Sequence record: SRR20825006_2271
Length of the DNA: 20,000 bases
Strand: one strand, 5' to 3'
Below are positions 8,578 to 17,683 of the stretch, one piece after another. Below the pieces are notes generated by a model. It was not told the DNA's origin. It was given only the letters and a program-made list of their open reading frames with translations, and searched no databases. Both the position numbers and the translations under genes were made by a program. The first letter of the stretch is position 1. The number at the start of each line of letters is the position of its first letter.

Positions 8578-9647
8578 GATCTCGCCTCCATAATACGCTT
8601 CATACTTACATCTTCGTAGTTTCGTTTAACAAAAGCTAAAGCCGTTTTTACGATTTGTCCCATAGACTTGGCCCGTTTAAATTTCATATCCATTGTGTAG
8701 TCGTACAACTGACTGCGTAATTCTTTCAGATTTTCTTCGGTAGAAATGTTATCGTGTGTCATGCATTTTAAAAGTCGGCGTAGTCTGTTTTTTGAAGTGA
8801 TAATACGCTTTGCTAAAACCGCCCGTTCTTCCTCACGATATTGCTCAATAGATTTATCGCGTAGCCGGTTAGAAACTAACTCAACCATTCTGAAGTTTTC
8901 CTTAAAAATGTGCGGCTTGTAGACTTTAAAATTTCCTTCGTAAGCTTGCTGGTCAAAATCTATAGCACGTATTTTATATTTAATATGATCAAAGTCGTGG
9001 GTTGGGATCACGACATAATTATACGAGCGCATATCTCCCAATAACAAGATCATACAACGTTCATTAAACTTTACAAATTCTTTAGCCAACTGCGCTTTAC
9101 CCACATCATCACATTCTTCGAGATAATCAGAAATAAAAACATCTCCGGGAATACCCACGATATGTTCTTCGATTAAAGTGTCTTTATAGACCAAAAAGTT
9201 AATACGGTTAGGTGATAAAATATGCTCGAGATCCAGTCCATAAATACGACTTGCATCAGCTTTTTTTACGTAGAAATACGTGTAGTTATCATTAAAAATA
9301 TTATTGACTTTTATACGGAAAGGCTTCGAGTTTCCAAACGTACAATAATCAATCGCTGTCACACTTAAAAAAGGAAGTACATTCTCGTTTCCGTCAGAAT
9401 GTAAAATCGCATACACGCGCTTTAAGCTTTCTTCAATTTCTTTACGCTCATGTTCCGGGTAGTAGACACTGATCCATAAAGTGTCTTTGTCATTTTTATC
9501 ATATATATTTATTCCGCCGGAAAACCGCAAAAGGTCGTCATAAAAAACAGGTATTTGCGTCAAACGATTGTATTTGTTCAAATACTCTTCTAAGCGTTCT
9601 CCAATGGGATACGTAGGCTTTTTACGAGACATTAATTTATCTTCCAT
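8574..9647 (-). CDS. Uncharacterised protein with atypical kinase-like (HipA/PI3K-like) motifs
   Basis: Long ORF (the track starts at TTG 9656; ATG 9647 or 9632 is more likely). Ordered motifs GNSKPF, YFYVKK, LIEEHI, LLGDMRSYN and IRAIDFD. The CDS is near certain; the function is inferred. Confidence 0.7.
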   Translation of the reverse strand: MEDKLMSRKKPTYPIGERLEEYLNKYNRLTQIPVFYDDLLRFSGGINIYDKNDKDTLWISVYYPEHERKEIEESLKRVYAILHSDGNENVLPFLSVTAIDYCTFGNSKPFRIKVNNIFNDNYTYFYVKKADASRIYGLDLEHILSPNRINFLVYKDTLIEEHIVGIPGDVFISDYLEECDDVGKAQLAKEFVKFNERCMILLLGDMRSYNYVVIPTHDFDHIKYKIRAIDFDQQAYEGNFKVYKPHIFKENFRMVELVSNRLRDKSIEQYREEERAVLAKRIITSKNRLRRLLKCMTHDNISTEENLKELRSQLYDYTMDMKFKRAKSMGQIVKTALAFVKRNYEDVSMKRIMEARS

Positions 9648-9726
9648 AGCAGGCAATTTTGATGAATTTGATAAAGAAAATCTACTGATTTTCTAATGCG
9701 ATTCTTGTGTAAAGGTACTAATGTGA

Positions 9727-9752
9727 TGTAACAAAACATAAGCTAAACCGTC
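9727..9752 (+). promoter_or_regulatory. ECF sigma-type promoter candidate for the ABC transporter operon
   Basis: TGTAAC (9727-9732), a 16-nt spacer, then CGTC (9749-9752). This matches the AAC...CGT ECF promoter architecture and lies about 34 nt before the likely start. Confidence 0.55.
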
Positions 9753-9785
9753 TTGTTAGGGAACGTTAATTCTAAAAATACGCTT

Positions 9786-10685
9786 TTGGAAACAATTCTT
9801 ACACTAAATAATCTCACCAAACATTACGGAAAGGTTAAAGCGGTAAACGATCTAAGTTTTACTATTGAAAAAGGCAATGTTTACGGCATTTTAGGCCCTA
9901 ACGGAAGCGGGAAATCTACAACCTTAGGAATGGTCCTTAATGTGGTTAATGCAACTTCGGGAAACTTTAAATGGTTTGACGGAAGTGACACCACCCACAA
10001 TGCGCTTAAAAAAGTAGGAGCGATCATCGAGCGTCCTAATTTTTACCCGTATATGACCGCTGCTCAAAATTTGGAGTTGGTGTGTACTATAAAAGATGTT
10101 GACACAAGTAAGATTGAAGAAAAGCTAGAGATCGTTCACCTTCTCGACCGTAAGGACAGTAAATTCAGTACATTTTCTTTGGGAATGAAGCAGCGTTTGG
10201 CCATTGCTTCAGCGCTTTTAAATGATCCTGAGATTTTAATTTTAGACGAACCAACAAATGGTCTAGACCCTCAGGGAATTCACCAAATACGAGAGATCAT
10301 AAAGAACATCGCAAGTGGTGGTACCACGATTTTGCTCGCTTCACATTTACTGGATGAGGTTGAGAAAGTGTGTTCGCATGTGGTGATCATTAGAAAGGGA
10401 GTGAAACTGTATGCAGGGCCGGTAGATGAGTTGAACGCAAGTCACGGCTTCTTTGAACTGCGTTGTGAAAGGCAAACTGAGCTTATTCAAGTTCTAGAAC
10501 GTCACCAAGATTTTGCTTCGGTAAAAGAAGAAAACGGACTCGTAACCGCATTTTTGGAAAATCCGCTTACAGCCGAAGAACTCAATACGCTTCTTTTTAC
10601 ACAAGGCATTGTGCTTTCCCATTTAGTCAAGCGGAAAGAAAGTCTTGAAGAACAATTTTTACAACTTACTGCCAACCTTAACTAA
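9786..10685 (+). CDS. ABC-2 type exporter ATP-binding subunit
   Basis: Walker A GPNGSGKST, signature FSLGMKQRL, Walker B ILILDEP and switch SH. The probable start is TTG 9786 (METILTL), although the track extends to 9753. Confidence 0.93.
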   Translation: METILTLNNLTKHYGKVKAVNDLSFTIEKGNVYGILGPNGSGKSTTLGMVLNVVNATSGNFKWFDGSDTTHNALKKVGAIIERPNFYPYMTAAQNLELVCTIKDVDTSKIEEKLEIVHLLDRKDSKFSTFSLGMKQRLAIASALLNDPEILILDEPTNGLDPQGIHQIREIIKNIASGGTTILLASHLLDEVEKVCSHVVIIRKGVKLYAGPVDELNASHGFFELRCERQTELIQVLERHQDFASVKEENGLVTAFLENPLTAEELNTLLFTQGIVLSHLVKRKESLEEQFLQLTANLN

Positions 10686-10691
10686 GATTTT

Positions 10692-11522
10692 ATGCTACGA
10701 TTACTCACTATAGAATTTTACAAATTAAAACACAGTCGCTCTTCAAAAGTACTGAGCATCGCCTATTTTGTGATCTTATCTTTTATTGCACTTATCGCTT
10801 CGATAGAATTTAATCTGGGCGATTTTCAGATTCGTATTGCAGATCAGGGGATTTTTAATTTCCCGTTTATCTGGCATTTTAATACATGGGTTGCTGCTAC
10901 ACTTAAGTTTTTCCTGGCGATCGTGATCGTATCTATGATTTCTAATGAATATAGCAACAGAACGCTAAAGCAAAATTTAATTGATGGCTTGAGCAAGAAA
11001 GAATTTATGCTGTCTAAGTTTTACACGGTGATCGCATTTGCTGCTTTATCTACGCTGTTCATTTTTGTGATGACATTGATCTTGGGCTACTCGTTTTCTG
11101 ATTATACTGAATTTAGCATCGTTACCCGAGAGATGGAATTTCTTCTTGCCTACTTCTTTAAATTGGTAGGGTTCTTTTCATTCTGCCTTTTCTTAGGTGT
11201 TTTAGTGAAACGTTCGGCGTTCGCGTTAGGCTTTTTATTTGTGTGGTGGATCTTCGAAAATATCTCTTACGGAATTCTACGTTGGCAAATAAATGCTGAA
11301 ACAGCAGATGCAATCGTGCAATTCTTTCCGCTGGAAGCGATGAAAAACCTGATCAATTTACCTTTTCAGCGTTTGAATTTTATTGAGACTGCCGCAAATC
11401 AATTACAGGCAGATATTCAAATAGATTACGCGGTGCATTGGTATGAAGTAGGTATTGTTTCAATATGGATTTTCTTGTTTATCTACGGCGCCTATAGGTT
11501 ATTGATGAAACGTGATCTTTAG
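10692..11522 (+). CDS. ABC-2 type exporter permease
   Basis: 276 aa with about 6 hydrophobic segments, an EYSNRTLKQNLI.G.SK.E...SK coupling motif and a C-terminal KRDL. It starts 6 nt after the ATPase stop. Confidence 0.9.
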   Translation: MLRLLTIEFYKLKHSRSSKVLSIAYFVILSFIALIASIEFNLGDFQIRIADQGIFNFPFIWHFNTWVAATLKFFLAIVIVSMISNEYSNRTLKQNLIDGLSKKEFMLSKFYTVIAFAALSTLFIFVMTLILGYSFSDYTEFSIVTREMEFLLAYFFKLVGFFSFCLFLGVLVKRSAFALGFLFVWWIFENISYGILRWQINAETADAIVQFFPLEAMKNLINLPFQRLNFIETAANQLQADIQIDYAVHWYEVGIVSIWIFLFIYGAYRLLMKRDL

Positions 11523-11651
11523 AAATTAAAGCGTTCTTTAAAAGCATTTTCAGCTTAAACCGAAAAAATATAAGATATATCGATAGTTCTTCGGTAAGCA
11601 TTTTTAATACATTAAATTGTGCTCCTATTTAATTAATCAGGAATTTAGGTA

Positions 11652-14372
11652 ATGCGCCAACTTATACTTTTTGGACTTATAGGACTGCTACTGGGGAGTG
11701 TTGCCCGATCTCAAGGACAAGCGAATAACTGGTATTTTGGCGGCGGTGCAGGTTTAAATTTTAGTTCCGGGACACCAAGAGCATTAACTGATGGTAGCTT
11801 GTATACCTTAGAAGGCTGTGCATCTATTTCTGATGATGACGGAAACTTATTGTTTTATACCGATGGATCAACCGTTTATGGTAGCGATCACAGTATTTTA
11901 CAAAATGGGACCGGTCTTTTTGGCAATTCTTCAAGCACGCAATCAGCACTTATAATACCGCAACCCGATACGCCGGGAATCTATTACATTTTTACTGTAG
12001 ATGCCGTAACACGCGTAGGAGAGGTGCATCAAGGAGTTAATTATTCTATAGTCGATTTTACTGCAAATCCTGACGGAATAGTTAGAGATAAAAATACCCG
12101 ACTTCTAAATTATGCTGCTGAAAAATTAAGTGCTGTGATTAAAAGCTGTGATGATAATAGTGTGTGGCTCGTTACCTTATCATCGGCATCGGGTACGCAA
12201 ACCACAGTTAATACGTTTTATGCTTACCAGCTAAGTTCAGCCGGGTTAAACACAACTGCGGTACGTTCTAATGCCGGTTTTAACTCCAATGATCCCAGAG
12301 GAAATTTGAAGTTTTCTCCAGATGGGACCAAGCTTGCGATTGCTAACGCTTCAGATGGTTTGTATTTAGCCGAATTTGACTCAGAAAGTGGTCAAGTATT
12401 CAATACACAGCGCCTAACGATTAACGGAAGTAATTTTGCAGCCTATGGCGTTGAATTTTCACCCAATAATCAATATTTATATTCAGCAAGTTCAAACAAT
12501 GCTGATACTGAATTAGGAGCGGGAAATCATTTTTCCTCTTTAATTCAGTATGATCTAGAAGCTGCTAACATCAGTGGCAGTCAAGTTTCTTTAAATGAAA
12601 GCGGATATTTTAGAGGAAGTTTGCAACTCGCGCCTAACGGTAAAATTTATAGAGCGCTGAGCGCATCTTATACCGAAGGGCTCAACTATTTAGGAGCTAT
12701 TGAAAATCCCAATGCAGCAGGGCTTGCGGCAAGTTATAATGATCGAGCAGTGAATTTAGGTAGTGGCATCAGTTATCAAGGATTGCCGCCTTTTAACCAG
12801 TCATTGTTCAATGAATTGGATATCATTCAAAATGACCTTAGTTCAACAGAATTATCGCTTTGTGATGGTGATAATTACGTTTTGGGTTATGATCCGGTTT
12901 CAGGAGCATCGTATTCTTGGTATCGCGATGACGTGCTGATTCCGGGAGCGACAAACAATCAGCTGTCTATACGACAGCCGGTCGCAGCAAGCTTACCGTA
13001 TACAGAAACTTATGAATTTCGTTTAGACCCTAATGATGGTAGTTGTGAAAAAGTAGGGGTAGCAGAAGTTACGTACTATGCGTATCCGCCAACAGTCTCT
13101 GGGGTTTCATTGATACAATGCGAAGATGCTGCTACCGCAGATGGTTTAAGCATATTTAACCTTACCGAAGTTGAAAGCACGCTTACCGGTGGCGATACCA
13201 CTTTTGAAGTAGCTTACTACCAGACGATTGCAGATGCGAACACTAGCAGCAATCCGATTGATCCCATAGGTTATGAGAATACCACGCCCGTTGAAACCGT
13301 TTATGCACGGATCACCAATCCGGCTGGTTGTTCAATCATCAATACAATTGACTTACAAGTTAGTAGTACTACCGCAAACACTGCACTTCTTGAGGGTTGT
13401 GATTTAAATGATACCGGCTTTGCCGAGTTTGATCTTTCTCAGGCAGATGCACAAGTTTTAGGGGGACTAACCGGCAGCTATGATGTTCATTATTATCCCA
13501 CAGAAGAAGCAGCTTTGCTTGAAGATTCAGCTTTAGAGCTTCCACAATTGTATACCAATCAAACAGCATATAATGAAACTGTTTTTGCACGCGTGGAGAA
13601 CAATAATGCGTGTTTTGCTATTAGCACGGTAGAGTTGAACCTAATACCTCGACCTGATTTTTCATTAGCTGCTGAAGCGATCTATTGTGCCGCTTCTTTT
13701 CCAGAAATTCAAACCTATAGTCCCGATTATACTAATCTCGATGCATCCCGAACATACAGCTATGAGTGGTTCCCGGAAGGACAAACCACACCTTATCTTG
13801 AAACTAATTTACCGGGAGATCACTCACTACGTGTGACAGATGTAAATACTGGCTGCTACAGAGAGGCAACCATAACTATTGTAGAAGAAGAAATACCGAT
13901 CATAGAAAATATCGAGGTGACTGATGCAACCGAAAACAACACGGCTACGATCACCCTTTCGGGGAATGGCGCATATGAAGTTGCTTTAGATGACGAAATA
14001 GGCCCGTATCAAGACGATCTATATTTTGACGGTCTCACGCCGGGATTTCATACCCTGTATGTGCGCTCTAAAAATGGATGTACTGCAATAGCGCAGGAAT
14101 TTAGCATCATTGGCTTTTCAAAATATTTTACGCCCAACGGTGATGGATATCACGACTTCTGGCAAGTGCAGGGAATTAGCGCAATGGTTCAGCCCGGCAC
14201 CGTAATTCGTATTTTTAACAGATACGGAAAATTGCTTAAAGAATTGAATCCGTTAGGACAAGGTTGGGACGGCACATTCAGCGGTAGCAATTTACCAGCT
14301 GATGATTATTGGTTCAGCGTACTACTCGAAGATGGCCGCCTGTTCAAATCACATTTTACCCTTAAACGCTAA
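11652..14372 (+). CDS. T9SS type-B sorting-domain (gliding-motility-associated CTD) surface protein
   Basis: 906 aa. Signal peptide; N-terminal NWYFG beta-propeller-like region (FSPDG, FSPNN, LAPNGKIY blades); Cys-containing Ig-like repeats. The C-terminus FTPNGDGYHDFW...IFNRYGKLL...GWDG...LPADDYWF...HFTLKR is a type-B CTD. Confidence 0.92.
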   Translation: MRQLILFGLIGLLLGSVARSQGQANNWYFGGGAGLNFSSGTPRALTDGSLYTLEGCASISDDDGNLLFYTDGSTVYGSDHSILQNGTGLFGNSSSTQSALIIPQPDTPGIYYIFTVDAVTRVGEVHQGVNYSIVDFTANPDGIVRDKNTRLLNYAAEKLSAVIKSCDDNSVWLVTLSSASGTQTTVNTFYAYQLSSAGLNTTAVRSNAGFNSNDPRGNLKFSPDGTKLAIANASDGLYLAEFDSESGQVFNTQRLTINGSNFAAYGVEFSPNNQYLYSASSNNADTELGAGNHFSSLIQYDLEAANISGSQVSLNESGYFRGSLQLAPNGKIYRALSASYTEGLNYLGAIENPNAAGLAASYNDRAVNLGSGISYQGLPPFNQSLFNELDIIQNDLSSTELSLCDGDNYVLGYDPVSGASYSWYRDDVLIPGATNNQLSIRQPVAASLPYTETYEFRLDPNDGSCEKVGVAEVTYYAYPPTVSGVSLIQCEDAATADGLSIFNLTEVESTLTGGDTTFEVAYYQTIADANTSSNPIDPIGYENTTPVETVYARITNPAGCSIINTIDLQVSSTTANTALLEGCDLNDTGFAEFDLSQADAQVLGGLTGSYDVHYYPTEEAALLEDSALELPQLYTNQTAYNETVFARVENNNACFAISTVELNLIPRPDFSLAAEAIYCAASFPEIQTYSPDYTNLDASRTYSYEWFPEGQTTPYLETNLPGDHSLRVTDVNTGCYREATITIVEEEIPIIENIEVTDATENNTATITLSGNGAYEVALDDEIGPYQDDLYFDGLTPGFHTLYVRSKNGCTAIAQEFSIIGFSKYFTPNGDGYHDFWQVQGISAMVQPGTVIRIFNRYGKLLKELNPLGQGWDGTFSGSNLPADDYWFSVLLEDGRLFKSHFTLKR
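13116..13647 (+). repeat. Two tandem degenerate ~90-aa Ig-like repeats inside the T9SS protein
   Basis: CED...DGLSIFNLTE...L.G...VAYY.T..DA...Y.N.T...ETVYARITN..GC versus CD..DTGFAEFDLSQ...LGG...VHYY.T..AA...YTN.T...ETVFARVEN..AC. Confidence 0.75.
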
Positions 14373-14489
14373 AGCTAATTTTAAGGGAATCCTAAGAATT
14401 ACAAGCTTTACTCTGACTTTCAAATAGTTTATTTTTACAAATATACTTTTCCTAAAATCGTGCATTCAAGCACGCAAATCAGATATATT

Positions 14490-16490
14490 TTGAAATTCAA
14501 TATACAATCAGAATTTAAACCAACGGGAGATCAACCCAGTGCGATCGAGCAATTGGTGGGAGGCATTGATGCCGGCGAACGCTATCAGACTTTGTTAGGG
14601 GTAACGGGTAGTGGTAAAACCTTTACGGTGGCTAATGTGTTGCAAGAAGTACAGAAACCAACCTTGGTTTTGGCTCATAATAAAACCTTGGCAGCACAGT
14701 TGTATAGTGAGTTTAAAGCGTTTTTTCCGAATAACGCTGTTGAATATTTTGTTTCCTATTACGATTATTACCAACCGGAAGCGTATATCCCAACTTCAGG
14801 AACATATATTGAGAAAGATCTGTCGATCAATGAAGAGATCGAAAAACTGCGTTTGAGCACCACTTCGTCTTTACTTTCGGGACGGCGTGATATTATCGTA
14901 GTGGCTTCGGTTTCTTGCTTATACGGTATCGGTAACCCTGTGGAATTTCAAAAGAACGTGATCGCTTTGGAACGCGATATGGTGATCTCACGAACGCAGC
15001 TTTTAAAACGATTGGTTCAAAGTCTCTACAGTAGAACCACAGCAGAATTTAATCGCGGAAATTTCCGCATAAAAGGGGATACGGTTGATATTTTCCCGGG
15101 ATATGATGATCACGCATTTAGAGTGCATTTTTTTGGTGATGAGATCGAGGAGATCGAAGCTTTTGATGTGACCACCAACGAGGTTTTGGAGAAGTACGAT
15201 CGTCTTAATATTTATCCGGCAAATATGTTTGTTACGAGTCCGGATGTGTTGCAAAACGCCATAGATCAGATTGGTTTTGATATGGTCAAGCAGGTGGATT
15301 ATTTTAAAGAAATAGGAAAGCATCTTGAGGCCAAACGTTTGGAAGAACGAACCAATTTTGATCTCGAAATGATCAGAGAATTGGGGTATTGTAGCGGCAT
15401 CGAGAACTATTCGCGCTATTTAGATGGAAGAGAACCGGGTACGCGACCCTTCTGCCTACTGGATTATTTTCCTGATGATTATCTGATGGTCGTTGACGAA
15501 AGTCACGTAACGGTTTCTCAAGTTAGCGCAATGTATGGGGGCGACCGAAGCCGTAAGGAAAATCTGGTAGAATACGGATTCAGACTTCCTGCTGCAATGG
15601 ACAACCGTCCGTTGAAATTTGAAGAGTTTGAGGCGTTACAGAATCAGGTGATTTATGTGAGTGCGACTCCAGCTGATTACGAATTACAAAAGTCTGAAGG
15701 GACGTACGTAGAACAAATTATTCGACCTACCGGACTTTTAGATCCGGTGGTTGAAGTACGCCCAAGTTTGAATCAGATCGATGATTTGATCGAAGAAATT
15801 CAGAAGCGTGTAGAAAAAGATGAGCGTACTCTAGTCACCACGCTCACCAAGCGCATGGCCGAAGAATTAACCAAATATTTGACGCGTGTGGATATCAGAA
15901 CGCGCTACATTCACTCTGATGTAGATACGCTGGAACGTGTAGAAATTATGTCTGATCTGCGTAAGGGAATCTTTGATGTTTTGGTAGGTGTGAACCTTTT
16001 AAGAGAAGGCTTGGACCTTCCGGAAGTTTCTCTCGTTGCCATTCTGGATGCTGATAAAGAAGGCTTTCTGCGTAGCAATAGATCGTTGACGCAAACCATT
16101 GGTCGTGCAGCTCGAAATATCAATGGTCTGGCGATAATGTATGCAGATAAGATTACGCAAAGTATGCAAGAAACCATAGACGCTTCAGAGTATCGTCGTC
16201 AGAAACAGATAGCCTACAATGAGGAGCACGGACTTAAACCAATGGCAATTAAGAAGTCCTTAGATAATGCCCTTGCCAAAAAAGAGAAGTTCAAGTTTGA
16301 AGCCGAAGAGCTGACGAATATGGCCGCCGAGCCCGATACTGCGTATATGAGTAAACCTAAATTAGAGCAGCTCATACGAGATACACGCAAGCAAATGGAA
16401 GCAGCAGCAAAAGAACTCGACTTTATGGAAGCTGCGAAACTACGCGACCGTATTAAAAGTTATCAAGAGCAGGTAAAGGAACTGGGATAA
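14490..16490 (+). CDS. uvrB: Excinuclease ABC subunit B
   Basis: PTGDQP, Walker A GVTGSGKT, AHNKTLAAQLY, beta-hairpin YYDYYQPEAY, DESH, NLLREGLDLPEV, QTIGRAAR and a C-terminal UVR coil. The probable start is TTG 14490 (MKFNIQSEF); the track gives GTG 14460. Confidence 0.98.
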   Translation: MKFNIQSEFKPTGDQPSAIEQLVGGIDAGERYQTLLGVTGSGKTFTVANVLQEVQKPTLVLAHNKTLAAQLYSEFKAFFPNNAVEYFVSYYDYYQPEAYIPTSGTYIEKDLSINEEIEKLRLSTTSSLLSGRRDIIVVASVSCLYGIGNPVEFQKNVIALERDMVISRTQLLKRLVQSLYSRTTAEFNRGNFRIKGDTVDIFPGYDDHAFRVHFFGDEIEEIEAFDVTTNEVLEKYDRLNIYPANMFVTSPDVLQNAIDQIGFDMVKQVDYFKEIGKHLEAKRLEERTNFDLEMIRELGYCSGIENYSRYLDGREPGTRPFCLLDYFPDDYLMVVDESHVTVSQVSAMYGGDRSRKENLVEYGFRLPAAMDNRPLKFEEFEALQNQVIYVSATPADYELQKSEGTYVEQIIRPTGLLDPVVEVRPSLNQIDDLIEEIQKRVEKDERTLVTTLTKRMAEELTKYLTRVDIRTRYIHSDVDTLERVEIMSDLRKGIFDVLVGVNLLREGLDLPEVSLVAILDADKEGFLRSNRSLTQTIGRAARNINGLAIMYADKITQSMQETIDASEYRRQKQIAYNEEHGLKPMAIKKSLDNALAKKEKFKFEAEELTNMAAEPDTAYMSKPKLEQLIRDTRKQMEAAAKELDFMEAAKLRDRIKSYQEQVKELG

Positions 16491-16493
16491 TTA

Positions 16494-16539
16494 TAAAACA
16501 CAAAAGCCGAATCTATTCAGATTCGGCTTTTGTGTTTTA
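16494..16539. terminator. Bidirectional intrinsic terminator between uvrB and the convergent nucleoid-protein gene
   Basis: Perfect 21-bp inverted repeat TAAAACACAAAAGCCGAATCT / AGATTCGGCTTTTGTGTTTTA with a 4-nt loop (ATTC) and T-tracts on both strands. Confidence 0.92.
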
Positions 16540-16553
16540 CAGTAAACTGTTTT

Positions 16554-17612
16554 CTAACTCTTTTGTTCTTTATTGAAATAAACCAGATAATAGTACATCT
16601 GGCGTTCTTCATCCCAACCTTTTTCTACGAACTTTTCAGCACTTTCAGGGTTCACAAAATCTAGCTTGATCTGAACGTTAGTGTCTAGTTCGATTACACT
16701 TTTAATGCGTTTGCGGGCACCACTAACGGCAGTGTTTGAAATAGGAAATGTGGTTAGATCTTCAATTTTATATTTAGGCGCTTTCTCCATTTTATAATTG
16801 TTGAACTCAGGGATCAGCGCCGGATTTTCCATTACTTCGTTCATAAAGTTTTGCTCAACAAACTCGTCATTTTTGGCAAAATGATTTACCGCACGGTTCA
16901 TGAACATCACTTCTTCTTTTTTATCTTCTGCAGGCAACACCACGTCTTTAGCAAAATCCTGACAGAACTTTAAATACTTTTTAGTGTAGAAGTTTTCGTC
17001 AGCGAGAATGTCAACGCCTAAGAAATTCTCTAGCCAGTATTTAGTATCATATCGGTTGGAGTCTATAGAAAGAATCTTGTAACCGTTTTCAGCATTTTTA
17101 TTAAAAATGAGGCAACCTTTGTCTAGTTTGCTCAGATTTACACCTTGTTCCAGATGCATTTGCAGGTTGGTTTCTCCTTCTTGAAACTGCAGAAAATCTT
17201 GTTTAAGCTCAGATTTAAAAATACCAATAGCATCAACCTTTTCATTATCCATCATCGCATTTTCAATATGTGCGACATAAACTTCACCGGGTTTGATATG
17301 CGGGTGACTGGATTGCTCGTACAATAATTTAGCGATCTCTATAGAAATCTCGTGAGATTGTCTGGGATCGTTAAAAAGCGATGCAGCAAGGTTAGATAAC
17401 GAGTGAAATTCTAGATCAGCTTCGTGTACAAACTGATAGTAATTCTCTTCTTTATCCCGAAAAGGTTTAAAGAAAAACTCCTTGATTAATGGGGTGATCT
17501 CATCGTTGAGGTGATACCGTTCTTTAGATAAAAAAGCACCTTCATTACGGCTTTTGTTGCCAATTCTATGTATGGAAAGCGACTCGATCTGAGCCGAATA
17601 TAAGTTGATCAT
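16554..17612 (-). CDS. Nucleoid-associated protein (NdpA/YejK-like, 37-kDa family)
   Basis: 352 aa. LSIHRIGNK, IAKLLYEQSSHPHIKPGEVYVA, GIFKSE, LDKGCLIF and YWLENFL resemble the NA37 family pattern. Confidence 0.75.
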   Translation of the reverse strand: MINLYSAQIESLSIHRIGNKSRNEGAFLSKERYHLNDEITPLIKEFFFKPFRDKEENYYQFVHEADLEFHSLSNLAASLFNDPRQSHEISIEIAKLLYEQSSHPHIKPGEVYVAHIENAMMDNEKVDAIGIFKSELKQDFLQFQEGETNLQMHLEQGVNLSKLDKGCLIFNKNAENGYKILSIDSNRYDTKYWLENFLGVDILADENFYTKKYLKFCQDFAKDVVLPAEDKKEEVMFMNRAVNHFAKNDEFVEQNFMNEVMENPALIPEFNNYKMEKAPKYKIEDLTTFPISNTAVSGARKRIKSVIELDTNVQIKLDFVNPESAEKFVEKGWDEERQMYYYLVYFNKEQKS

Positions 17613-17683
17613 TGTGGTGTTTATTTAGATTTTAGAAGCTAAAAAAGGAGATGTCTGGGTGTAAAATCTAATAGAAATTGCGC

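Noticed and set aside
9786..11522. ABC pair as gldA/gldF gliding genes because a gliding-associated CTD gene follows
   Set aside because: There is no gldG partner, and the proteins look like a generic BcrA-like ABC-2 exporter. Adjacency alone is not enough.
14373..14489. SOS/LexA operator upstream of uvrB
   Set aside because: Only a weak imperfect dyad around GGGAATCCT; no match to an SOS box I can support.
16494..16539. 21-bp perfect inverted repeat as a MITE or REP element
   Set aside because: It is a single copy in the window, lies between convergent stops and has T-tracts on both strands. A bidirectional terminator explains it.
16554..17612. Nucleoid-associated gene as an anti-phage defence component
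   Set aside because: No partner membrane, nuclease or ATPase gene is present, the composition is native and the context is core genome.
17625..17671. 10-bp inverted repeat TTAGATTTTA / TAAAATCTAA between the pRiA4b-like and nucleoid genes
   Set aside because: Very AT-rich with a 27-nt loop and no U-tract; too weak to call.
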